From the NCBI GenBank assembly GCA_944386635.1, contig CALXBV010000021.1, positions 293 to 64,292 of the forward strand: a stretch of DNA of 64,000 nt, given 5' to 3'. The notes under the pieces are model-generated. The model was not told where the DNA came from. It saw only the letters and a program-made list of their open reading frames with translations, and ran no database searches. The stretch comes from an uncultured Clostridia bacterium (GTDB taxonomy: Bacteria; Bacillota; Clostridia; TANB77; CAG-465). A program made the translations under genes and the position numbers. Each line of letters starts with the position of its first letter. The stretch's first letter is position 1. Shown here one piece after another: positions 41,157 through 50,744 of the stretch.

Positions 41157-41618
41157 ATGTATTATTCAAATTATAATCCATTTTATATGCGTAATAGAAA
41201 TTATTATAATAGAGGAATACCAAATACATTAGTTAATAATACTCAAAATAGCAAAGAAAATAGTAAAGAAGAAGAAAAAAAAGATATTGAACCGCCTCAA
41301 AGCGATACAATATCTTTCCAAAAGTTTTACAATAATAATGCTAGTCAAAATAAAGAAGTTAATGATAGCAATATTAGCGAAAATGAAACTAATACACGCA
41401 CTAATAATTCTACAACTAGAAAGAGAAATAATAGATTTTTTTCATTTGATAAAAATCAAATTAATATTCTAGGTTTCTCTTTTGAAATAGATGATCTAAT
41501 AATAATAGGAATAATTATATTATTGCTATTAGAATCAGATGAAAACTATGCACTTATTATTATATTAGGATTAATACTGCTTAATGTAAACTTAAGTGAT
41601 ATCCTTAATATTTTCTAA
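41157..41618 (+). CDS. Asn-rich protein with a C-terminal TM segment
   Basis: ATG at 41157 behind AAGGATAG. C-terminal hydrophobic stretch LIIIGIIILLLLESDENYALIIILGLILLNV. Confidence 0.5.
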   Translation: MYYSNYNPFYMRNRNYYNRGIPNTLVNNTQNSKENSKEEEKKDIEPPQSDTISFQKFYNNNASQNKEVNDSNISENETNTRTNNSTTRKRNNRFFSFDKNQINILGFSFEIDDLIIIGIIILLLLESDENYALIIILGLILLNVNLSDILNIF

Positions 41619-41741
41619 ATAGTATTTTGTAAGTAGTACATCTATCTCTTCACTAGTTTTTAATATTCGTTCATACGAACAATTTTCTTCAATTTCTTTG
41701 TCTAACCTTTGTTTTAAAATCTCGATTTCGTCAGTTATCAT
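41592..41741 (-). CDS. Spo0E-family aspartyl-phosphate phosphatase-like protein (49 aa), missing from the ORF track
   Basis: Own translation: MITDEIEILKQRLDKEIEENCSYERILKTSEEIDVLLTKYYLENIKDIT. It fits the Spo0E pattern (IE.L+..L....... S.E.D.L...Y). GAGGAGA RBS. The 3' end overlaps the convergent 156-aa ORF by 27 nt. Confidence 0.6.
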   Translation of the reverse strand: MITDEIEILKQRLDKEIEENCSYERILKTSEEIDVLLTKYYLENIKDIT

Positions 41742-41765
41742 ACATATCTCCTCTTTTTTTACATA

Positions 41766-41832
41766 TTTATACCATTTGTTAAGCCAATAGTCAACATTTT
41801 ATACTTGCTTTTTCATCGCAAGTTTCGACATA
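41766..41832 (-). promoter_or_regulatory. composite promoter, copy 2 (upstream of the Spo0E-like gene)
   Basis: Same blueprint as 40461..40527: the 17-mer, 21 nt, TTGACT, a 17-nt spacer ending TGG, then TATAAA. The ATG at 41741 follows 24 nt later. Confidence 0.6.
41816..41832 (+). repeat. 17-nt perfect direct repeat, copy 2 (TCGCAAGTTTCGACATA)
   Basis: Identical to 40511..40527. Confidence 0.9.
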
Positions 41833-41912
41833 TAAAACTATGTGGTATAAAACTAGTGTATGTAAAAAAAGTATTTAAATTTAATATATATGAAAAATAG
41901 TGTTTTTTCTTA

Positions 41913-43202
41913 CTATTTTGCTATTATTTTTGAAGATACTTGATTTTCTTTACCAAGTTTACCTAAAAATTCTTTTATATCTTCTTTAGTTATATTTTTC
42001 AAAGCTTCTATTTGATAATATACATCTGTTTTATTTAATATAGAATCTATAATTCTTCTATAACTTACATTTAAATTATCTGATGATAAGATAGCCTCGC
42101 CTATCTTTTTCTTTTTTATTGTCTCAAATAATTCTTCATCAACAGGCATATTTTTTATCTGCTCAATATACTCCAAAATATCTTTTTCCACTTCATCAAT
42201 ATTTATTGAAAGTGTTGAAATAATGACATGTGAAAATGAGTCACTACCCTCATATTGCATATCTATGCTATCGTTTACTTTGCCTGAATTATACTCTTTT
42301 TCAAAGAAATCTGATTGCTTAGAAAAATACATATCTGATATTATATTAACCATAATTTCATTTTTTAATATTTCCTTTCCATCAACTAAATCCAATTTAT
42401 ATCCTATGCAAAGTTGAGGTAAATATATATCCATCTTTTGCACTATTTCTTTTTGTTCAATTTTTTTATCTTCTTCTACTCTAAACTTTTCAATTTTATT
42501 TTTAGGTATACTATTATTCTCATATTTTTTTAAGTTTTCCTCTATTAAACTTATAGTATGTTCTACATCTACATCTCCAACTACTATAAAAAACATATTT
42601 TGAGGACTATAAAATGTATTATAACAAGTATATAGTAGCTCTTTAGTTATATGTGATATTGACTCTATTGTTCCTGCTATATCTATTCTTACCGGATTTT
42701 GATTATACATTGCACGTAAAGCATTAAAGTACACCATAAAATTAGGATCATCATCATACATACTTATTTCCTGTCCTATTATTCCTTGCTCTTTTTGTAC
42801 ATTTTCATCCGTAAAATATGGTTCTTTAATAAGTTTTACAAGCATTGCAATAGATTCATCAAATTTTTCTGAAGTTTCAAAGAAATATACTGTTTGATCA
42901 AATGATGTATATGCATTAGATGATACTCCCATTTTTGAGAATAAATCTAGTGCATTTGCTCCTTCTTTTTCAAACAATTTGTGCTCTAGGAAGTGAGCAA
43001 TACCATCTGGTACTTTTGTTCTTTTATTTGTAGTTATATCTACAAAATCATTATCTACAGAGCCATATTTTGTTCCAAACATTCCTATTTTTTTTGAAAA
43101 TCCAGGCTTTTTGCAAATATATACTTCAAGCCCATTAGACAATGTTGTAGTAAATGTGCTTTCTCCCAATTCCTGTGAAGTCATAACAGCTATTTTATTC
43201 AT
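41913..43202 (-). CDS. M16 (pitrilysin) family zinc peptidase, active subunit
   Basis: 429 aa with the inverted zinc motif HFLEHKLF (HxxEH). Confidence 0.85.
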   Translation of the reverse strand: MNKIAVMTSQELGESTFTTTLSNGLEVYICKKPGFSKKIGMFGTKYGSVDNDFVDITTNKRTKVPDGIAHFLEHKLFEKEGANALDLFSKMGVSSNAYTSFDQTVYFFETSEKFDESIAMLVKLIKEPYFTDENVQKEQGIIGQEISMYDDDPNFMVYFNALRAMYNQNPVRIDIAGTIESISHITKELLYTCYNTFYSPQNMFFIVVGDVDVEHTISLIEENLKKYENNSIPKNKIEKFRVEEDKKIEQKEIVQKMDIYLPQLCIGYKLDLVDGKEILKNEIMVNIISDMYFSKQSDFFEKEYNSGKVNDSIDMQYEGSDSFSHVIISTLSINIDEVEKDILEYIEQIKNMPVDEELFETIKKKKIGEAILSSDNLNVSYRRIIDSILNKTDVYYQIEALKNITKEDIKEFLGKLGKENQVSSKIIAK

Positions 43203-44439
43203 TTACCTCACCTCCTAATAAGAAAACTTTTTCAATTTCTACTTTGTTTGCCATATTAACAACGTCTTGCATAGTAACATTTCTTATTCCATCTCTCATT
43301 TGTTCAATTGTTATACTTTCATCTTTAAATGCTATTAAATTAGATAATTTCATTTTTGCCATAGCAACTTTTGAATCTCTCCATTCTAAAAGATCTGCAA
43401 GTAAACTATCTCTTGCACTTTTAAATTCTATATCTGTTATATTTCCTCGTCTCATATCATCTAGTTGCTTCCTTATTACTTCTAAAGCTTTTTTATAATT
43501 TTCCTTATTTATTCCAGCATATATTACTATTATATCTTTAAATCTATAATATCTTGATCTTACAGTATATGCTAAAGATTCTTTTTCTCTTACATTTTGA
43601 AACAATTTTGAAGATGGCGTAGTACCTAAAATTGCATTATATACATTTAAAGCATAAAAATCTTGAGGTGTACAATTATTTATTCTAAGTCCTAATGCCA
43701 ATACACTTTGTGTTGTGTCTTGTACTTCTTTTACTTCTTCATATTTATAGTTCTCTTGTAATTTGACATTATACTTTAAATCTTCAATTACACTAGTGTT
43801 TTTATCATGCTCGTTAAATACTTTAGATATCTTATTATCTATATTGTCATATCCATCTAAGTTTCCTGATACTATTACAGTTATACATTGATTTATCAAT
43901 TCATTATATGCTTGCTTTATATCTTTTAGCTCTAATTTTTTCACAACATCAGCTTCACCATATAAATATGTACCAAAAGGCTCACCCTTACATAACAATT
44001 CTTCTGCTCTTTGTATACCGTATTTTAATTTTTCATCTTTTCTTTCATTAATTCTTTGTAATATAAAATCTTTTTCTCTATTTATGCTATCTTGCGTCCA
44101 GTCTAAAGGATTATATATCATTTCTTCTAAGAAATCTAATATCTTATCTAATAGTTCCTCTTTACTTGGTATAAACTCTCTATTTACAAACTCTATTCTA
44201 AATTCCAAATTATATAAATCTCCAAGTTTTTCAATATTTACATCAAAATTAGCACCATATAGTGAATTTAAATATTTTTCAATATCTTTTTGTGTAGGAT
44301 ATTTATTAGAGCTTTTTGCCATTAAAGACCCAAGTACTGCATAACTTGAAAAAATCTTGTTATCATTAACTTCTAATGTAAAGTTATATGATATATAAAT
44401 GCTCTTAAATTTTTTGTCATTAATCTTATAAATTCTCAT
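43195..44439 (-). CDS. M16 family peptidase-like protein, non-catalytic partner
   Basis: 414 aa. M16 fold pattern without HxxEH. Overlaps its partner gene by 8 nt. Confidence 0.75.
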   Translation of the reverse strand: MRIYKINDKKFKSIYISYNFTLEVNDNKIFSSYAVLGSLMAKSSNKYPTQKDIEKYLNSLYGANFDVNIEKLGDLYNLEFRIEFVNREFIPSKEELLDKILDFLEEMIYNPLDWTQDSINREKDFILQRINERKDEKLKYGIQRAEELLCKGEPFGTYLYGEADVVKKLELKDIKQAYNELINQCITVIVSGNLDGYDNIDNKISKVFNEHDKNTSVIEDLKYNVKLQENYKYEEVKEVQDTTQSVLALGLRINNCTPQDFYALNVYNAILGTTPSSKLFQNVREKESLAYTVRSRYYRFKDIIVIYAGINKENYKKALEVIRKQLDDMRRGNITDIEFKSARDSLLADLLEWRDSKVAMAKMKLSNLIAFKDESITIEQMRDGIRNVTMQDVVNMANKVEIEKVFLLGGEVNE

Positions 44440-44489
44440 TTAACCTCTCCTTTACAACAAATTAAGCCAAGATTTAACTTGGCTTTTCT

Positions 44490-44933
44490 TTACATATTAG
44501 CAAGTTTTTCTTTTACTATATCACTTACTAATTTACCATCTGCTTTACCAGCAGTTTTAGGTCTTAGAATTGACATTACTTTTCCCATATCTCTCATAGA
44601 TGTAGCATTAGAATCTATTATTGCTTGTTCAACTAATTTTTCTATTTCTTCTTGTGTTAATTGCTTTGGCAAATATTTAGATAAAACTTCAATTTCTCTA
44701 TTTAAATTTTCTACAATATCTTCTCTGTTTGCATTTTCATATTCTTTTATTGATTCTTTTCTTTTTTTAACTTCTTTTGCAACAATTGCACAAATCTCAT
44801 CATCATTTAATGTTTTTTGTGTATCTTTTTCTACTTGAAGTATGGCTGCTCTTAGCATAGTGATTGCATCTTTTTTTATAGTATCCTTTTCTTTCATAGC
44901 CTCTTTTAAATCTTGTAATAATTGGTCTTTCAT
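44490..44933 (-). CDS. GatB/YqeY domain protein
   Basis: 147 aa. LKEAMKEKDTIKKDAITMLRAAI and MGKVMSILRPKTAGKADGKLVS are family-typical. Confidence 0.85.
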   Translation of the reverse strand: MKDQLLQDLKEAMKEKDTIKKDAITMLRAAILQVEKDTQKTLNDDEICAIVAKEVKKRKESIKEYENANREDIVENLNREIEVLSKYLPKQLTQEEIEKLVEQAIIDSNATSMRDMGKVMSILRPKTAGKADGKLVSDIVKEKLANM

Positions 44934-44971
44934 TTATATTATCTCCCTTCATTTAAATTATATGTATATTT

Positions 44972-46045
44972 TTAAGTATTATTTACCTTAAAATTATTAC
45001 TTATCGTACTATCTGGTTTTATATCTCTATTTTTTATCATACTAATAATCCACAACACAATAAATATTGTTGACATTCCTATTAGCAATGCTAATTTCCA
45101 AATGTCTTGTGTAATTAAAGATATAGCTATAATACATAATGTACTAGTAATGGTATACAATATTAACACTGCTTGTCTTTGTGTAAATCCGGCCTTTATT
45201 AATCTATGATGAATATGTCCCCCATCCGGTGCAAATAATGGTTTTCTTTTCACAGCTCTTCTAATCATTGCAAAAATAGTATCAAATATTGGTACACCAA
45301 GTATTAATACAGGAGCTAAATATTCAACAGTTGTATATCCTTTAGAAAATCCAAGTATTGTAACACAAGCCATAGTAAATCCTAAGAAGTTTGAACTGCA
45401 GTCTCCCATAAAAGTCTTTGCAGGATTAAAATTAAATGGTAAGAATCCAAGGCCAGCACCTGCTATTGCAGCAGTTATTACTATTGCTTCCAAGCTTGAA
45501 GATGTTGATATAAATAGCATAAGTAATGATAAAGCTGAAATTGAAGTAAGTCCTGCAGCAAGTCCGTCAAGTCCATCTATTAAATTCATAGCATTTAGTA
45601 CAGTTATTATCCATAAAAATGTAACTGGTAATGAAAATATACCTAAATTTATACTTCCAATATTCTCTATTCTCACACCAAACAAAAATACAATAAATAT
45701 TGCAGCAAATTCAAATATAGCTTTATATCTTGCTTTTAGCGTAAATATATCATCAATAATCCCCATTATAAATATCAATATTGCTCCTATTAAATAGCCA
45801 TAAAATTGAGTATTAAAAGCTATAGATTCAACATCTTTTGTAATTATATAATATACAAATAATGCAATCATAGATGAAGCAAATATAGCGATTCCACCAC
45901 ATCTAGGCATTGGCTTTGAATGAACTCTTCTACTATCTTTAGGAATATCAACAAGCCCATGCTTTTTACACATCGATATAACAAATGGGGTTAATATAAT
46001 ACAGCATACAAAAGCTATTACAACTACACTATAAACTATTGCCAT
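44972..46045 (-). CDS. polyprenyl-phosphate N-acetylhexosamine-1-phosphate transferase (GT4, TagO/WecA-like)
   Basis: 357 aa. Polytopic membrane protein. MraY/WecA motifs NLIDGLDGLA and GDCSSNFLG. Confidence 0.8.
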   Translation of the reverse strand: MAIVYSVVVIAFVCCIILTPFVISMCKKHGLVDIPKDSRRVHSKPMPRCGGIAIFASSMIALFVYYIITKDVESIAFNTQFYGYLIGAILIFIMGIIDDIFTLKARYKAIFEFAAIFIVFLFGVRIENIGSINLGIFSLPVTFLWIITVLNAMNLIDGLDGLAAGLTSISALSLLMLFISTSSSLEAIVITAAIAGAGLGFLPFNFNPAKTFMGDCSSNFLGFTMACVTILGFSKGYTTVEYLAPVLILGVPIFDTIFAMIRRAVKRKPLFAPDGGHIHHRLIKAGFTQRQAVLILYTITSTLCIIAISLITQDIWKLALLIGMSTIFIVLWIISMIKNRDIKPDSTISNNFKVNNT

Positions 46046-46496
46046 ATTCTACACCACCCTTTTGAGATGCTTCGATCTTTTGTATCTTATCTACTCTTCT
46101 TTGATGTCTTCCACCAGTAAAATCTGTTGATATAAATGTATCTACTATATCTTCTACATCTATATTTTCAAGCCTTGAACCTAAGCATAAAACATTAGCA
46201 TTATTATCTTGCCTTGTCATTTTAGCCATATATTTATTTGTGCATACAGCTGCTCTTATACCATTTACCTTGTTACAAGCTATAGATATACCAATACCAG
46301 TACCACATATAGCTATTCCTAAACATCTTTCCTTCAATACATTTTTACTTATTATATAACCTATATCTGGATAATCATCTCCTGTTTGATCATCAAAATT
46401 AGTAACATCTTTTACATCAACACTTTTTTTCTTTAAATGCTCAATTATTCTTTTTTTAAGCTCTATTCCTGTATGGTCTGATCCGATTACTATCAT
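46029..46496 (-). CDS. rpiB: ribose-5-phosphate isomerase B
   Basis: 155 aa. IGSDHTGIELKK and GIAICGTGIGISIACNK. Confidence 0.9.
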   Translation of the reverse strand: MIVIGSDHTGIELKKRIIEHLKKKSVDVKDVTNFDDQTGDDYPDIGYIISKNVLKERCLGIAICGTGIGISIACNKVNGIRAAVCTNKYMAKMTRQDNNANVLCLGSRLENIDVEDIVDTFISTDFTGGRHQRRVDKIQKIEASQKGGVEYGNSL

Positions 46497-46509
46497 ATAT
46501 ACACTTCCT

Positions 46510-46968
46510 TTATATCATTTCAAGAAGTTTATCCACACAATCAACAATTTCTTTTGCACATGATTTATATATACTTAAATTATATCCCCATGGATCATCT
46601 ATATCTATATTTTCTATATCTTTTCCTAATACATACTCTTTAAGTGTGAATACTTTTTCTTTTAATTTTGGAAAATACGCTAAAATATTATATTTATGTT
46701 GTTCTGTCATACACAATATTAAATCATAGTTTTCAATATCTATATCAAACATATTAGTTGCTCTATGATTAGTTAAATCTACACTATAATCTTTCATTGC
46801 AAGTATGGCATTTTTTGTTGAAACATCTCCACTTACAGCAGATGTACCGCATGATGACACAACTATTTCATTTTCTCTTTTTAAGTCATAAACCCTCTTT
46901 TGCATATAATGATGCGCCATTGCACTTCTACAAATGTTTCCTGTGCATACAAACATAATCTTTTTCAT
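46510..46968 (-). CDS. low-molecular-weight protein phosphatase (Tyr/Arg)
   Basis: 152 aa. P-loop CTGNICRS and a D-P loop (DDPWG). Its position upstream of rpiB matches the ywlE-ywlF arrangement. Confidence 0.85.
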   Translation of the reverse strand: MKKIMFVCTGNICRSAMAHHYMQKRVYDLKRENEIVVSSCGTSAVSGDVSTKNAILAMKDYSVDLTNHRATNMFDIDIENYDLILCMTEQHKYNILAYFPKLKEKVFTLKEYVLGKDIENIDIDDPWGYNLSIYKSCAKEIVDCVDKLLEMI

Positions 46969-47119
46969 AATGTATCCTCCAACTAAATATACAAAAATAT
47001 ATTATCACATTTAACTTTCAAAGTCAACGTTCATTAAACTTACATAATTAATCCTATTTTTTATTATATACCAAAAATCTTTATATATAAAAAAATAACC
47101 CTTAATTTTTTATTAAGAG

Positions 47120-47920
47120 TCATTTTATCATTTTTTCAAACATATTTTTACTATATGTCTTTTCATCTAAATTTAGTTTATACAATTTTTTACTATCAAT
47201 TTCTACTAGAATTTTAGATAAATTTTTAAAATCAATATCTGTTTGTTGCCCATCAACAAACATTTCGATATCATCATAATTAGACAAAATTTTAATTTCA
47301 AACTTATTACCAACTAAAGAATTAGTTATATAGTCTTTTGTCTTACTATTTTGTATTGGTGCAAATAAAGTAGCACATATTGCATTTATTCCCTGACATA
47401 ATATTGGACCACCCAAACTTTTATTATATGCTGTAGAACCTAATGGTGTTGCAAATACTATTCCAGAAGATACAATTTTTTCTTTAAAATCTATTGTATC
47501 ATTTAGTTCAAACTCAATTCTTCTATATTTCTTTCCAGATATATGAAATTCGTTAATAGCATTGTCCGTTACTACACTTCCATCAAAATATAAATACGAA
47601 ATTTTAGCAAGAGGAATATCACTTATTTTTTCACTATTTATATTATTTTCATTTTGCTTTAAATAAGTTATTATTTTATCCATTTGTGCAAATGATATAT
47701 CTTGTAAGTATCCCAAATTTCCACTATTTATTCCTAGATACAAAGGAAATGGAGAATACTTTAATTTTCTAATTGAATTTAAAAATGTACCATCACCACC
47801 AATAATTATTACTAAATCTGCAAGATCATCTACTAAATTAAATCCATTAGATAGTAGTTTACTTTTTAAAATTCTAGCGTGGATTTTACTATTATCATTA
47901 TACATAATTTTTATGTTCAT
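47120..47920 (-). CDS. nadK: NAD kinase
   Basis: GGDGTFL motif. Start placed at the ATG at 47920, behind AAGGAGGTG. Confidence 0.85.
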   Translation of the reverse strand: MNIKIMYNDNSKIHARILKSKLLSNGFNLVDDLADLVIIIGGDGTFLNSIRKLKYSPFPLYLGINSGNLGYLQDISFAQMDKIITYLKQNENNINSEKISDIPLAKISYLYFDGSVVTDNAINEFHISGKKYRRIEFELNDTIDFKEKIVSSGIVFATPLGSTAYNKSLGGPILCQGINAICATLFAPIQNSKTKDYITNSLVGNKFEIKILSNYDDIEMFVDGQQTDIDFKNLSKILVEIDSKKLYKLNLDEKTYSKNMFEKMIK

Positions 47921-48061
47921 GTATAACACCTCCTTTAATATTAATTAGTAGATTAAGTTTATATATTTACATGCATATTTTAGCATAGTTTTTGCGGCTT
48001 TTCAATATTGAATAATTTATTTTAATATGATATATTTTTATTAAAAATAGGAGGTAATATT

Positions 48062-48598
48062 ATGCTAAATAATATAAAAAAATATGAGAAAATGTCAATT
48101 GCCACATCAATACTATTAATCATATTTGCTTTATGCTTAATATTTAGACCACAAGCGTCACTTAATTTTATGGTCATTGTAATTGGTGTGTTTCTTGCAC
48201 TATCTGGTATAGTTCACATAGTATCATACTTTACTTCAGATAATGAATTTAAATCAATAAGTACAGAACTAATAGAAGGAACTATATATACGGTATTAGG
48301 ATTATTCTTAATTTTTAAACCAGCTATATTAAATGAATTCTTAGCAATTATTGTTGGTGCTTGGCTTTTGATTCAATTTATAATAAAATTTCAATTCGCC
48401 TTTAATTTAAAATCACTTAATTCACCAGCATGGTCTTTAATGCTTATAAGCTCAATTGGGCATTTAATTTTTGGATTACTTATGATATTTAATCCATTTG
48501 CATCAATAGTTACACTAACAACAATAGCTGGTATTATACTACTTATATCTGAAATATCTAATATTTTTGAATCAATTTATCTTTTATCTAGGAAATAA
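48062..48598 (+). CDS. HdeD/DUF308 family membrane protein
   Basis: 178 aa. Six TM segments in the repeated DUF308 pattern. AGGAGG RBS. Confidence 0.6.
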   Translation: MLNNIKKYEKMSIATSILLIIFALCLIFRPQASLNFMVIVIGVFLALSGIVHIVSYFTSDNEFKSISTELIEGTIYTVLGLFLIFKPAILNEFLAIIVGAWLLIQFIIKFQFAFNLKSLNSPAWSLMLISSIGHLIFGLLMIFNPFASIVTLTTIAGIILLISEISNIFESIYLLSRK

Positions 48599-48619
48599 AA
48601 AACTAGGAAGTACTTCTTC

Positions 48620-49264
48620 CTAGTTTTTTAATATACAATTTAAATCTTCAATAGCTAAGTCTATATTTCTCATTCCATTTCCAATTGGATAAAAAACAGA
48701 ATATACACTATACTCCTTTCCCTTTATATTAAGTTTAAATTCTTTTTGTCTAACAGATTTTACACATATCTTCTGACTTAAAAAAATACTGCTTACTTGA
48801 TTTCCAAAAACTACTATCTTTTTAGGGTTAACAATATTTATCTCTTCATATAATAAATCTAAATATTGTTTTAATACTTTATCTGGAAGTGACCTTGCAT
48901 CTATTTGTGTACATTTTCCAAGATTTGTTATATATACCTTTTTCTCACTTATTTTTTGATATACATACTCTGCGAAATCCTCATTCCAATCACCTGGCTT
49001 CTTGCTTTGAATATTATTAAATAGTTCTTCATCAATTACTCCTATATTATAAAATAACTTCCAAATATTCTTAGTTCCAATCCATGGAGCTCTAATACCT
49101 TTCCAATCTTTTGTTGAAGCAATATTTTTTCCTGTAGGATTCATAAATACAAAGCATACATCAGGCTTTTTTTCACATCCACCATTATATATAGAACATA
49201 AACTTGGTTCCCCATATTCTAATTGTAATTTATCATAATACTTATTTAACTCTTTTACTTTCAT
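48620..49264 (-). CDS. uracil-DNA glycosylase superfamily protein (tentative)
   Basis: 214 aa. FVFMNPTGKN resembles the UDG motif-A position and VFYPIGNG the motif-B position. Not diagnostic. Confidence 0.4.
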   Translation of the reverse strand: MKVKELNKYYDKLQLEYGEPSLCSIYNGGCEKKPDVCFVFMNPTGKNIASTKDWKGIRAPWIGTKNIWKLFYNIGVIDEELFNNIQSKKPGDWNEDFAEYVYQKISEKKVYITNLGKCTQIDARSLPDKVLKQYLDLLYEEINIVNPKKIVVFGNQVSSIFLSQKICVKSVRQKEFKLNIKGKEYSVYSVFYPIGNGMRNIDLAIEDLNCILKN

Positions 49265-49305
49265 AATGATAGTATAATATCATATAAATTTAAAAAAATA
49301 AATAG

Positions 49306-49786
49306 CTACCACTCCATTAATATTTTTTCATACCACACTTTAATAAGTTGCTTTGGAACTTTAGTTTTGGTAAGCATACTAGAATAAAGCATTTGAGGAT
49401 TAGAAAATATTAAATTTAATGGTGAGCAACCTGAAAATAGTAAGTTTCTCAATTGAAGAGATGACAAATCTCCAAAATTAAAAATTATTGGATTAATTAT
49501 AATTTTTGTACTCTCAGAAATTTTTTTACCAAGTTCAATTTTCTCAGAATCGATCATTAAATCTTCAAATGGACTATCATATAACACATCATGTAAATAT
49601 TGGTTATATATGCCGAAACTCATCCACTAAAAATCCTTCTTTATACAATCCATTATTGTTTCTTATACACATGCAATGTGCATCTGCTAAATATAGTAAA
49701 CAATTTAATTTAATAAGATTAATAGTCTGTTTTTTTTCTTGATATAAAGAAATTATATAATAAGCATCTAATAGGATATTATTCAT
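49306..49786 (-). pseudogene. Panacea/DUF4065 (SocA/GepA-like antitoxin domain) gene split by a frameshift
   Basis: The 60-aa ORF (LIKLNCLLYLADAHCMC...GLYKEGFLVDEF) and the 105-aa ORF (preceded in frame by W: WMSFGIYNQYLH) together reproduce the L.KLQKLLY...F.AW..GP..P.VY pattern. The frames overlap by 20 nt at an A5 run (49629..49633). Confidence 0.5.
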
Positions 49787-49932
49787 ACCACAATACCTCC
49801 TTAAAATAATTTATTATTTAACGTACACATATTTATTATGTAGTGATATTATATCACAAAATAAGCAAAAAAAGAAGATGATATTAACATAAATTTTTAA
49901 AAATAAATGCAATTTATCTTCTTTTTTTACTC

Positions 49933-50691
49933 TTATTCAGTTTTCTCTTTTCTTTTTTGCCTTTTATATACAAATTTACTTATTATATTATCTGGTACTA
50001 TTTTCGCAATAATTCTAAGTAATTTAATATCAATACCTGGTGTAATGTCAGTTTTTCCCATTAGCATTTTATCTACAGTATATTTTGCAACATAATCACT
50101 AGACAATGAATTCATACTAAATTTTACATTTGCAACATTATCAAAATTTGTTCTAACAGGTCCAGGATTTAGTGTTCCAACTTTAACATTAGACTTATCT
50201 TTTTTTAGCTCTTCATTTATTGATTCAGATAAAATAAACACATATGACTTTGAAGCATAGTACGCATCCATAAGTGGTCCTGGCAGATGTCCCGCTATAG
50301 ATGATACATTTAAAATATATCCACTATTCTTTTTTACCATTTCTTTTAAAAATAATTTAGTAAGCACATGAACGGCCATTACATTTGTATTAATAAGTTG
50401 TATTTCTCTGTCTAAATCTGTAGATATAAATCTACCAAAAACTCCAAATCCTGCATTATTTACAAGTATATCTACATATCCTACTCTATTAAATAACTCT
50501 ATACAATTTTCTTTTATACTAATATCCATTGGTATTACTTCAACATTTGTATCTACTTCATTTTTTAATTCTTCAAGTTTTTCTTTAGTTCTTGCAACAA
50601 CAACTAAATCATATCCTCTTTTAGCAAGTTCTTTTGCAATATCTCTTCCAATTCCAGATGAAGCTCCTGTTATTAATGCTCTTTTTGCCAT
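49933..50691 (-). CDS. SDR family oxidoreductase
   Basis: 252 aa. ITGASSGIGRD and YYASKSY. Confidence 0.85.
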   Translation of the reverse strand: MAKRALITGASSGIGRDIAKELAKRGYDLVVVARTKEKLEELKNEVDTNVEVIPMDISIKENCIELFNRVGYVDILVNNAGFGVFGRFISTDLDREIQLINTNVMAVHVLTKLFLKEMVKKNSGYILNVSSIAGHLPGPLMDAYYASKSYVFILSESINEELKKDKSNVKVGTLNPGPVRTNFDNVANVKFSMNSLSSDYVAKYTVDKMLMGKTDITPGIDIKLLRIIAKIVPDNIISKFVYKRQKRKEKTE

Positions 50692-50744
50692 TATGATACC
50701 CCCTTACTAAATAATACCAAAAATTAAATAATTGTACAAGTTTT

